This document shows, piece by piece, positions 50,254 through 61,581 of a stretch of DNA of 64,000 nucleotides. The DNA is from Glycera tridactyla (lineage: Eukaryota): positions 123,504,001 to 123,568,000 of the forward strand of contig OZ286460.1 of assembly GCA_965644265.1 (NCBI GenBank), in the 5' to 3' direction. Below the pieces are notes generated by a model. It was not told the origin of the DNA, ran no database searches, and saw nothing but the letters and a program-made list of their open reading frames with translations. The translations under genes were made by a program, and so were the position numbers. Position 1 is the stretch's first letter. Each line of letters opens with the position of its first letter.

Positions 50254-53200
50254 GATGGTCTTACACGACAGGTGGTCACATTAGGGTTTTCTCATGGCAG
50301 GTTCTACTGTATATGCGCATGCACAGTCGAACCACTCTATAAAGACCCCCTTCGATCACATAAAAAAGTGGTCTTTGTGGGGAGGTGGTCTTTATAGAGA
50401 GGTCATTTACTGTTGAAAATACCACCATGGTCACAGCTCAGGGTTGCCTTTATAGAGAGGTAGTCATTAGAGGATGTTGACTGTACTTGAATCAAGGATG
50501 TGCATCAGCTGGTAACATCCGTGATGTAATATACAGTGATGGATGGATGAGCACTGACCAGCATCAGCAACCAGCATCCACGGATACATCATCATCATCC
50601 TCATCCCGCCGCATCACTGCCTCCATCCCTTCCCACATGATGATAAAAGTTCAAATGCATAATCATGGTACATATGTACGTAGCCCACCTACACTACATG
50701 ATCTGACAGATACATAGACATAGATTGACTAACTGACATTACATGAGACTATCTGACTGACATGAAGACAGATGGTCCAGAAATGCACACACACCATGCA
50801 CACACAAGTGCACAAACATACACACANNNNNNNNNNNNNNNNNNNNNNNNNNNNNNNNNNNNNNNNNNNNNNNNNNNNNNNNNNNNNNNNNNNNNNNNNN
50901 NNNNNNNNNNNNNNNNNNNNNNNNNNNNNNNNNNNNNNNNNNNNNNNNNNNNNNNNNNNNNNNNNNNNNNNNNNNNNNNNNNNNNNNNCATCGCCAAATT
51001 CAAGGCATTTTTCATGGTAAATACATAACCTTCAAGGCCCAATTGACCTATGCATCTTGACTGCAGAGTGATACCACTGTGACTGCAACTCCACTTGATT
51101 CTTCAAATATATACTCTCATGGTTCATATCGATGATTCAAGGATTTTTCAAAGACCTTTCAAGTCCCAAGATAGTTCTGCCAATGACACACTAAATTAGG
51201 AAATTATGAGTGACTTGATGCTGCCCCACATATTCAATCAATCAATCAATCAATCAATCATATACAACTTCTGTATGTACTCTCTCAGGCCAAACTGATC
51301 ACCAATATGTTGCTGGTAAGACCAAGAGATGATTGATTTGTGTATCAGTGATGCATTTTCAACAAAATGAGGATGCATCCCAGGGACCCCAACTGATTGT
51401 TTGGGGTGGGTCTCGTGATGCATCATGTGAGTCCTGAAATGGATAAGACAATGCCAGAGATGATTTTCATGTCAGATGGCCATTTCATTCACAAGCACTT
51501 GTTCATGAATTAATGTTTGTCACTATATACTTCAGTTTTATCATCTCAGCTCACAGAAATTAATGGAAGTATCATTTGCCTCTTGCATCCCAGGGACTCA
51601 TCAGTGACTTTGCTGATGAGTCCTTCTTCATTTGAAGTGCATGAAATAAGCAGGAAAATGCATCACTGGTGTACTCATGACGAGTTCTGATGACGTAGAC
51701 CCTTCCTCTGCCACATTTGGTCATGGTACTTGCTCAATCCTATACTGGTGCAAAGGTCCCTTTTTAGCCCTGGTGCTGTTACTTCTTCTATGGCTTAATC
51801 GGCAACCTCCATACGGATCAATAGAGCCAATGGTTTTGAAATCAAGGATTTTTCAAGGACATTTCGAGTCTAAGCCATTTTCAAGGCCACAGGTCACTTT
51901 CAAGAACTTTTTCAAGTCCTGTACAAACCCTAATATTAAAAGACGGGCCATTCAAACTGAGGACAAAAGGATGTTTCGTGCAGATATTCAAGTGAATGAA
52001 GCCAGTCTGGCACATGGTTCAAAGAAGCCAAAACTGCAATAATTGACGTCCATACGAAACCGCGGGAGGGGGCTCATCTGAAGTCTAAGACAGAGATCAG
52101 CGCCCCCTACAGCTCTGAGTGGTGTGACCACGTCCCGAACTTCCTAATCTCCCGGCTTATCCCTGACCAACACTAATCTCTTCACACACATCCGACCTAC
52201 ATAACTTCGACCTAAATCCACCTTGACCTAGAAAACCTCCCGCCAAAACAAAGCCCAAAGCATCAAGTTTGTTCACAATGAGCTTCACCCAAGAAGCAAA
52301 ACAGACCTGACTACCGCTAACTCCAAAATCTGTAGGAAAATTTTCATGAAAAAGCTTTCTACTGACTACACAAGCTATACAAGAGTGTACGGTGGCAGTC
52401 TGTGTTGACACATGACAAAAAATATAACTCTATCAGAAATTCATTGACTTTCCAGGGCAAATGCAGAGTTTAGTACTTTTTGTGCGATACGAATCACATT
52501 CAACAAGTAAAAAAAAAATTTCTTGGTCAAAATGCAAGGTCTTAAAATTCAATGGCTTTTCAGGTTTCAAGGCCTATTAGACACTTGCTTGTAATAAAGA
52601 AGCAATGCTCTTCTTCTAGTTAGAGTTAGTTCCCTCCAGGTGGCTAGATTCCACGCCGGCAGGTGAACTTGCGTCTAGCAATAGAATAGACAACGCTTGA
52701 CGGTAGCATATCTTCAAAACCACAAAGTGTAAACTGTCCACGAACAACGTCCGACGAGAAGGTCTGAATGTCATCATGTTCCATCAACACTCAATTCAAA
52801 ACTCGGAACTAATTCTATTGTTCTCACCGAATTGAATTCTATCTAACACAACAAAATTCCTTCCACAATCACCTGAAAATGGGAAGATAGCTCATTTGTG
52901 GATGCTATCTATTTCATTCCTCACGTTTCTCAACATTTACTGAGCGACCATGATTCATAAACAACATGCTGCAAAAGGCAATCTTTTGCCGATGATTCAG
53001 ATGCAGAAAAAATGTAATCTCAAGGGATGAAGATCCAAGTGGTGATGATTTTGAAACACTTTTTGTTGGGATGAGATGAATTTTGGTGAGAAATGTACAC
53101 TTTTTGTGAAGTTGATGATCTTCCGAGTCGGTTTGTTCACTGTACCATGGAGTGTCCCAGCACCAGTCTTCCAGCTGCACCTTAGAGAGAAAAACCTCTC

Positions 53201-54965
53201 TTTGGTGGAAAAACTACTCGTCAGGGGGAAATACGGCAATAATGGTGTCACAAATATGGTGTCACCACATCCGGAATCTGGGACGGCAGGACGACGTTCA
53301 TGTGACGTCGTCGTCGTCGATTGCGGCGGACGGTCAATAAGGAAGTCAAGCCTATCATTATTGTAAAAAGGCAAAATCATCGACAGATCAAAACCTGACA
53401 TGCAATGTACGCAATCTCAACATTGCACCTAATACTGTTCTAGGAATATTAACACTTGTGACATCTGACATATAGCCAGCCCTGGCACGAAGCAGTGTTG
53501 CGATTTAACTTTTTCTCACATTTGAAGTTTGTTTTTTAACATATTTTGATTTACTCGTTGACTTTCAAGGGGAAATTCTTCTATTTATAATATATGTGAC
53601 CGTGGTAGTATTTTCAACAGTAAATGACCTCCCAATAAAGACCACCTCCCTCTAAGAACTACTTTATGATGCGACCGGAGGCGGTCTTTATAGAGAGGTT
53701 TGACTGTACATGTACTTCCTTTGCAAGTTCAAGGAACAACATTTGAGAGTGGAGTCAAAATTTACAAACTGACAACTTGCTTTGTGCACGGCCATAGTCA
53801 GTATCCATGGTAGCCAATTATTTTCCATTCACTCATACAGGACATTGGTTCCAACATGTGGCTTGGCGGGGGTTGGAGCATGAAGGGGACAAGGTGGACT
53901 GATCTAGGCTTGTGGGATGCAGGTGGTTATGATAGCAATGAGTCAATGAAACAACAGGAATTAAACATTAATGGTACTTGAATGTTTGATTTGTTGGAGC
54001 AATTGAAACAACTTCGACTATAGTCAAACATTGGCACATCACTATTATGAAGAGCCTATTTGACACACTTTTACCAAAAAGTGACATGAGCCCATGTGAC
54101 CTGACATCGGCCAGTAGAAGGCTTGCATCTGAAAATTGAGAAAAGGGGGCATTTCCTTACAAAACGTTTGAAGTGGATTCACGCACTAACCATCTTACTT
54201 ATTCAGGGGACACGGGGGCCCCTAATTGCCGTGAGAAAAGGGCCCACACTCCACAGAATGAGTCAAATGCCCCAGTTCCCTCCTCTGGATGCATTCTTGT
54301 ATAGCTCTAGATATTTTGGCTCATGCATAAATGCGATGTGAAGGTGAAATCAAGGTGTATCAGTGTTTTATGAAAGTATGATAAATTCCATCCATAATAT
54401 TCCCTTACAGTGACACTCGAAATTGGTGTTCAATCACTAAGACATGGCATCCAGAATGGGTCGATATCATTCAATCAATCAATATAGAGGGGAATTTCTG
54501 GTCGAATCAATGAGAAATCAGACGTGACAGCGCCTTGAAGCAGTTGGGGTAATTCCCTCCATCATATAAAGACCCCCCCCCCCCCCCCCCCCGCCCCATC
54601 AATTGACTCTGATTATGGGCCACCTATTGTCATTATAGGTGATGTAACAATTGAGCATTATACACATTGCCCCCCTCCCTCCCCCACCTCCCATTGACTC
54701 TTGCAGTGACTTCAAGAGTCAAATATTTACATACATTTTTGTGAACTCCATTGACATAAAAGCAATATTTCCTATTGCAACTTTGGCTAAAGCTGCTGCT
54801 CTATTTTAGCCAAATTGGTCATGATTTAGCCAAATGCATTGTGGAGAAAAACCACTGTTACAGTGACCTGATGTGCACAAATCAATCAGTCAATCAAACA
54901 CAACTTCAGTCCATGAAGTCAGTCGAAGTAGAAAAGTCTACCTGCCTTGGGCAGGTGGGCAGCTA

Positions 54966-55141
54966 CAGTGAAACCTGCTTGAGTGTAAACCTGCGCTAGG
55001 CAAAATCCTGTCTTAAGCACATACCCCACGGTCTGCCCGGATGTTTTTTCTCACTATAATTGTCCTGAGCTAATCAAAATCCTGTCTTAAGTGAAAGAAA
55101 AATTTGGTCCTGTGACTTTTCACTTAAAACAGGTTTTACTG
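54966..55141. mobile_element. TA-MITE subfamily E; closely similar copy at 38049-38218, reverse fragment near 35320-35380
   Basis: TA|cagtgaaacctgcttgagtgtaaacc ... acttaaaacaggttttactg|TA with internal aaaatcctgtcttaag repeated twice. Confidence 0.85.
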
Positions 55142-56142
55142 TATAACTTATCACCCTAAAATGTCATTTTAGTAACAGGACAATCTATTCCTAAACTCCT
55201 TGACACCAATCAGAAAATTGTATAGAAATGACCGTTCCAGAAATAGTCCAACCTGCTTGAGACCACCTGTCTACAAAGACCACCCTTCTATGTTGGCAGT
55301 AGCCATCAAACAGTGGCTAAAGATTCCCTCATCTGGCTATAGATTTGATGCCTTTAGCCAAACTGGCTAAACTGGAACAAATGAAGACTATGGGTCAATA
55401 TCCACAGTAGCTCATATAGTCACAAGATATGATAGTCAAACCTCCTTTGAAGACCACTTCTCTGTAAAGACCACCTCTCAATGAAGGCCTCCCAGAGCTA
55501 CGACCATGGTAGTACATGTATTTTCAACAGCGGATGTCTACCTATAAAGACCACCTCCCGATAAAGACCACTTTTTTCATGCGACCGAAGGCAGTCTTTA
55601 TAGAGGTTTGACTGTAGGTTTTATGGTACCTGGGGCTGCAAAACAGTTTCGAAACTCATCACACTTGTTTGAAACAGTGAAGGTGATTGGAAAATTGAAG
55701 TGATCTCATAAATGCTTTCGGCTAAATTGAGAGGTTGCCAAATTCGCTACAGGAAATACTGTTCTACTGCCAGCACCGACCCTGAATGGTACAGCCACTG
55801 TATATTCTACAGTGCACTTCTCTATAAAGGCCACCCATGTACAAAGACCACTTTTTTTTATAAAACCGAGGGTGGTTTTTGTAGACAGGTTTTACAGAAA
55901 TTTGTTGCTTTCATGATCAAGACCAATTTAACAAATTTTCACCTACAGTCAAATCTCACTAAAAAAAAGTGGCCTTTGTGGGCAGGTGGCCTTTATAAAG
56001 AGCTTATCTGTGGATGAAAATACTATCACACAGATCAGGGTGGCCTTTATAGACAAGTGGCCTTAATAGACAGGTGGTCTCTTGAGCAGGTTTGACTGTA
56101 CATTGAAAATGTGTTTCCGTAGATACAGAAGGATCAACTTAC

Positions 56143-56340
56143 CTAGTTTCTGGCGGTTTCTTCTCGATTTGAGATAGAGCAGAATTCCAATTATGATGCC
56201 AACCAAGGCTAAGGTGGCGATGGCGACGCCGATGGCAATACCGGCGACCGTACCCCCTGAGTAACATTGCTGTGCCTCGGCCATCCCCACCAAAACCGAC
56301 AGCAGCAAAACCAGTAATTCCACAAACATGAGCGCCATGG
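56143..56340 (-). CDS. Coding exon of an uncharacterised small type-I membrane protein: MALMFVELLVLLLSVLVGMAEA|QQCYSGG-TVAGIAIGVAIATLALVGIIIGILLYL-KSRRNRQKL
   Basis: Pyrimidine-rich acceptor (tcttctctcttctgctgttacctgtgcag) directly before CC-ATG-G (ATG at 56338, strong Kozak context). Donor CTAG|GTAAGT after 56143 (phase 1). The translation shows a hydrophobic signal peptide with an A-E-A cleavage site, a TM helix and a basic cluster after it. Confidence 0.85.
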
Positions 56341-56755
56341 CTGCACAGGTAACAGCAGAAGAGAGAAGATGCTCCCTGGGTCAAAACTCACAAACTCCTC
56401 ACGAACAAACGGCAGCCCCACCCCACCTCAAGACTCTGGCTGAGTCGCGGCGGCGCCTTTGAAACTGAAAATCAACAACCAGTGTTCGTTTCACTTCGCA
56501 CCTCCGTAAAACTTGTAAGTCAGTCCTTGTTTCCTATACAGGTGACGTATTCATCGTGATACCCAACGGGGTGGTAGTCCCCCGAGATGAAGTAGTGTTA
56601 GATTCTCTCCGATTTTCCACCGATTTGTCACACCTGGAGATTGGTAAAGGAGGGTAGAAGTTCCCCCGTGCTGGTGTTGGTTGTGTCGCGGCTGAACTTG
56701 AACTTGTAGGTGTGGTGTGGTGACGGGATCCCCCCTCTCTCTTCACATGCCTCAC

Positions 56756-56830
56756 CTGCGACAACCGTCCATACACACGCTACCTGTGCGGCTTCGTTCT
56801 CTCTCTCTGTTTCTCTCTGTCCTACAGAGG
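56756..56830 (-). other. Candidate 5' (probably non-coding) exon of the membrane-protein gene; 5' boundary unknown
   Basis: Donor GCAG|GTGAGG at 56756/56755, about 415 nt upstream of the acceptor at 56340, with a GA-rich stretch nearby. Confidence 0.4.
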
Positions 56831-56986
56831 AATGTGGAGCAATGTAGGACTGGAGGAGGGAGGGCAGAGTACCTGGGTGCAACCAACTGAATCCAAGCAT
56901 GACAGCCGCTGGAGCGCTGTAATCAAGAGTGTGGAGCTCTTCACGCACCACTGAATCCACATACCCCAACTATACACCACTCCCAG

Positions 56987-57003
56987 CCCCCTAGGTGGCG
57001 CTA
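56987..57003 (+). promoter_or_regulatory. CTCF-consensus-like site upstream of the membrane-protein gene
   Basis: ccccctaggtggcgcta compared with the recalled core CCACYAGRKGGCGCTA. Motif match only. Confidence 0.45.
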
Positions 57004-57019
57004 CTGAATTCTCAAATGG

Positions 57020-57090
57020 TTGGTTTGGTTGAGGTTGGTTCTGGTTTAACGTCACGTCAGCTCCATTTGCGCTATATTGTGACGCCCACG
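57020..57090 (-). mobile_element. SINE-type 3' end (gtcacaatatagcgcaaatggagctgacgtgacgttaaacc + (aacc)n)
   Basis: Related tails at about 43885-43930 (-) and 46135-46200 (+). Confidence 0.6.
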
Positions 57091-58150
57091 CTATGTGCAT
57101 GGGTGGGATCATTCAAGACTCCTGCATTTGTGTCCCCGACAGAAGGTTAAAATTCATGGAATTCACCAACACTCAATGTGTCCTTTCTGTAGTGTTGAGG
57201 TTTATCAACCCAGAGGTTTGTGTATGCATTGTTATGGTATTGTACTGCAAGTACAGGGCAACCATGATTCTAAACCTGGTCCAGAGTTGATTGTCCGCAA
57301 TAAACCGATGTGTTTGTCCAAATGCATTCTCCAAACCTAATGCTTTTCCTTGTTTCAAGTGCTGCACCTTGCTCAAAGAAAAAGCATTGCTATCAGGCTT
57401 GAGTGTCAGCTTCCAGCCAAATACATGTCAGAAATGCCATTTTCAGGTTGAATATGTTAATGTAAGATAGACAGAGGTGTGTCTGAACTGTCAGCCACTT
57501 CATACATGACAACCTTTCAGGTTGCCCCATCATCTTGTGTTCAGGGTTTGTGTAAGTAAATGTCTTCAGGGAACAGAACGTCACATGCCATTAAATCTCA
57601 ACCAAACCAAACCGTGTGTTTTTGGTCGACGAAGGCTGAAGCTTCTTCCCCCTGCAGGCATCACTTTCACAAACCCCGAACACAAGATGATGGGAACCTG
57701 CCAGCTTGTCAATATTGGTTGATCGGTAGTCTGTTTGTTTGGTTGGTTGGTTGTTCTTAAAAGAGCGAAAATTCCAGGGGATGGACACTGGTATGATGAC
57801 CTTTTTTCATGACATGAGCATCTCAATATAGCATATGTGATGACGTAGATGAGATGAAAAACAATAGACCATGTGATTCACGTTACTGGGGAAATTCAGT
57901 CTCAAAGGGTAGGTATTGCCCAAATAAGTTCATATTCTGGTTTGATTGATGAATTGATTGAAGCGTAAGGACATGTATGGAATCGAAGTATACGGTCGGA
58001 CCTCTTCATAAAGACCGCCTTCGGTCTTATCAAAAAATGGTCTTTATAAAGAGGTCACTTGCTATTGAAAATACTACCACGGTCGTAGCTCAGGGTGGCC
58101 TTTATAGTGAGTTGGTCTTTAAAGGAGGTTTGCCTCTGGTCTGTTCTGGT

Positions 58151-58206
58151 TGTATGTTGGTAGGATGTATGTTGGTAGGATGTATGTTGGTAGGATGTAT
58201 GTTGGT
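58151..58206. repeat. 15-bp tandem repeat (tgtatgttggtagga), about 3.7 copies
   Basis: Directly visible. Confidence 0.9.
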
Positions 58207-59069
58207 GTTTGATGAATTGAATATGAAAACGGGTTGTCCCATCCATGTCTATTGCATGAGCGGTACAATATAGCACGTATGGCGCTGACGAGACGTTAAA
58301 TTAGAACCAACTAACCTATACCCGCCATCGATACCCTTCTCTATTACTCTGCTCACACGGTGATAAGATCTGGATACTTTCTGAGCATAGTTGTCGAGTA
58401 GAAATACCTGAGAGTTCATACACACCTTACATGAACTTGAAATCATTAGGTGGTTGCTGTCATTTACCATATATATATATACACTTTTTTTTTGGGGGGG
58501 GGGGGTCCTCTAAGAATGTAATTCGTACAATCCGATTGTGTATATAAGCTTTGTCTTTCCAGCACAGAAATATTACTGCGATAAGCATTGGCGGCAATTC
58601 AGTTGTAGGTGCCTATTGGTTAAAGTGACACCTAGTGGCAACCAGCGAAAACGATAGTTCCTCTCCAATTCATGACTATTCAATCACAATTTATGATTTA
58701 GAGTAGGTCATACCCTTTTATACAGGTGAATTTTTGTTTTGAAGCATGATGCTGAAAAAATATCCCATGATAACGATCTCTCAGTAAATCAGAGGATTTC
58801 ATTGACAGAATCTGTGCTAGACACAGTTCAAGCATGTCAGGTCCACTTGATTAGTCACATTTGATGGCAAAATGGCTTATTGAGTTGACAATATCATATC
58901 GATTGCTGGAAAGCACTCTGAATCATATCTCACAGAAAATGTCGTGGTAAGAATAGAAACAGGACGTGGAAGTCACCTTACTGCAAGTGCCACCTTGTGC
59001 CTATACACCGAAATACACTGGTGGACATTTCTGGAACTAAATTCTGTTCTGCCAAGGATTTGTTACCAA

Positions 59070-59506
59070 AGTCTGTCAAATCCAAATGTGGCGGGTACGT
59101 TTCAGACTCTTAACTTCGTCAATTTTCGTCTGATTTGACTTTAAATGGCACGAATAGATTGTACAGATCTTCCGGCGATTATCGAGCGTAGGTTCGACTA
59201 GACAGCATGCTTCTAAAGAGGATTACGCCATCATTTCATTGTTTTTTTCGGCGAATCTGCCGCCATTATCGGCAATTATTTGTATGTGAAACAGTGAAGA
59301 AACGGCCACCGCACACACCGCGAAACCAGCGTGAAATCGACATATTTTGCGTTCTAGGGTGAAATATACAAAGGAACATCGTCGAGATTACATTTCTAGT
59401 CGTCGGACATGTAAACAAATGATGTCAGTCAGTTTCGTCTTAATTCGATGCGAATTCGCAATGCTCGGGCGAAAAACGTACCCGCCACGATCAAGCTTGA
59501 CAGACT
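59070..59506. mobile_element. TIR element with AGTCTGTC termini (superfamily uncertain, Academ-like ends)
   Basis: agtctgtcaa...gtggcgggtacgttt / aaacgtacccgccac...ttgacagact. A second, split copy lies at 61487-61581 plus 63203-63546. Confidence 0.7.
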
Positions 59507-59643
59507 TTACATGTATCCCCAGGACTCGTATGAATAAAGGGCAGTGCAAGTTTTCTTATCGTGTGTCCAAAATATGGAACAAACTTTCGCTTGATGTCAA
59601 GACATCAGATAATATTAGCATTTTCAAGAATAAACTTCTGTAT
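59507..59643 (+). mobile_element. 5'-truncated CR1/L2-type LINE fragment (C-terminus of ORF2)
   Basis: Translation CIPRTRMNKGQCKFSYRVSKIWNKLSLDVKTSDNISIFKNKL fits the recalled end-of-ORF2 pattern IPRxRTxxGQxxFSYRxxKxWNxLxxxxKxSxxxxxFKxKL. Confidence 0.8.
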
Positions 59644-60265
59644 TCGAGTAGTGTTACCTTGCCTCGATACGTAGGATGCCTGCTCTATATTTATACCCCT
59701 GTGACTGTTCAATATGACATGTCAGGCCTATATGCCCCCCTCCCCTCCTTTCGGCCCTTTCTCCTCTGTATCCTCACTCACCAAACCTCCATTTCCCTTC
59801 CATCTATATACCATTCTACTTACCGGGACTATTTTCACCAAGCAGTCTTCACAAAAAACTTTTTCAGCCACTCTCCCATCGGGAGAGCAGACTGGGAGAA
59901 TCACTCTCCCGAAAATGAATTCACTCTCCCAAATTTGTGCAAGTCCCACTAATATATATTTTCCTGAGGTTAGTTCTTCAGAATCATACATGTGCAGGCG
60001 AATGCAAAGCCTACTCACAGGGACTAGGGATTATTGCTGGTGTAATCAAAATTGTGGTGTCCTGTCTCCACAGAAAACCCATCACTCTCACATCAACTCG
60101 ATGGCTCAGCGCAATACTAGGCTAACTCTTTACTATTTCTATAGTGAGTTAGCCTCGTATTGCGCTGAGCCATCGAACTGAAAAATTCCCACTCTCCCAT
60201 CGGGAGAGTGAGTTGGAAGTTTCACTTTCCCGAAATCAAGTTCACTATCCCTGGGATTTGGGAGA

Positions 60266-60444
60266 GTGCTAAATAGATAGGAGCAAACGAGCGTGGAGGA
60301 TGGTCGGACAGATTGCAGGATTTTGCGGGCGTAGAAATACGACACGAGCCACGCAGGGGCGAGTGTCGTGTGTACTACGAACGCAAACGAGTGCGATCTG
60401 TCTGAGACCATCCTCAACGCGAGTTTTGCTCCTATATTTATCAC
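60266..60444. mobile_element. Foldback MITE with long imperfect TIRs (~50 bp); TSD not identified
   Basis: gtgctaaata..taggagcaaa.gagcgtggaggatggtc..gacagattgc is mirrored by gcgatctgtc..gaccatcctcaacgcgagttttgctcctatatttatcac. Confidence 0.65.
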
Positions 60445-61581
60445 AGGATCACCATTAATAAGAAATTCGAATAAACATGAATATTAGACATGATATTCAC
60501 GGTGCTGAATGTAAGAAACAGGGGGAATCACCAGATTTCACTGATTCCATTCTATTCCAGCTTGTGTGGCTGCAAGATTGACGCCACTGAATGTAGAGCT
60601 AGGTGTTCCTATATCTGTTTGAAGTTTGCCGATGAGAAATTGATCACAGTGGCGTTCACTTGTAGATTTCACCACGGCGTGTGTGACATGTCAATTTCAC
60701 GCGGTCATTATTGGATCCCCTTTGAAATAGACACAGTTGTGCAGGCGACTCGTCTGGCAAAGTTTATGTCTGTAAAATGATTTCTGATCCATCCAATTTT
60801 CGATTGCATGCCATGATTTCCGGGGCTACATAAACAAATGATACATTGATGGATTCCCTTCGAGGTTCCCTGTTCAACAACACTACTTTCAGATCCCTAG
60901 CTCATTTTGATTGACATTCTGCTTATTCGTTCATGTTTGTTTTATAAAGTAACTTCCGTATGTTTCATACATGGGCTTCATTATGTGATGAATGGCATCA
61001 ACAAATGGACTGAATATCATTCAGTAAAGCTAACAGTCTTCAAGAAACATGATAAATCGTGGTATATAAGCAAGAATTCTTTTCTTGCTATAATACCATT
61101 CCATACCATACCATACAATTATTCTCCATGAAATATTGAATCGTCACCCTCTGCCAGAACCAAATTGGAGTGGGCTTACAAGCGCACACATACCATGCAC
61201 TGTTTGGAGGATTTGCGTGCTAATTCTCTTATGCCATCTTCTTCTAATCTGGTCTTGGCAGAATTGCCATCATCTGGACGCAGTCCTGAACATTTTCGTC
61301 GATGTTTGTGGTACCTGCATTTGGTCTGATAAGTCAAAGCAATTTTATCTTTCATGGAAATTGAGCAAATAGGCAATTAATTCAGCTTACTGATCATCTC
61401 GTTTTTGTGCTGAGTACCGAACAACGAGGCTCTTTAAATTAGTGTCATTGCTCGTTCAAAATAGTCCCCTCATATCTAGGTAATAAACTCTGTCAAATCC
61501 AAATGTGGCGGGTACGTTTCAGACGCTAACTTCGTCAGTTTTCGTCTGATTTGACTTTTAATGGCACGAATGGGATATCTA

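Larger units (their letters stand above)
9413..50988. other. Span containing 12 assembly gaps (approx. 9413-9578, 10707-11109, 13204-13429, 15327-15490, 32272-32548, 34396-34570, 42047-42243, 44011-44165, 44462-44673, 44691-44891, 49435-49715, 50827-50988)
   Basis: N runs. Exons or element ends could be hidden in them. Confidence 0.99.

Noticed and set aside
10610-51042. Many listed ORFs containing X runs or HT/CV repeats
   Set aside because: Artefacts of N gaps and (CA)n microsatellites.
53200-53395. Phase-1 minus-strand exon candidate GFDLSMILPFYNNDRLDF... nearest to the TM exon
   Set aside because: Weak acceptor (no pyrimidine tract) and weak donors. Not supportable without reads.
56790-56960. 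Plus-strand exon after the long pyrimidine tract ending cctacag at 56826
   Set aside because: The tract is a (CT)n-like microsatellite, downstream frames stop quickly and have no good donor. It fits better as the GA-rich 5' region of the minus-strand gene.
59347-59952. 201-aa ORF as a gene
   Set aside because: A chance read-through across a TIR element, a LINE fragment and another repeat. Only 59507-59643 is protein-derived.
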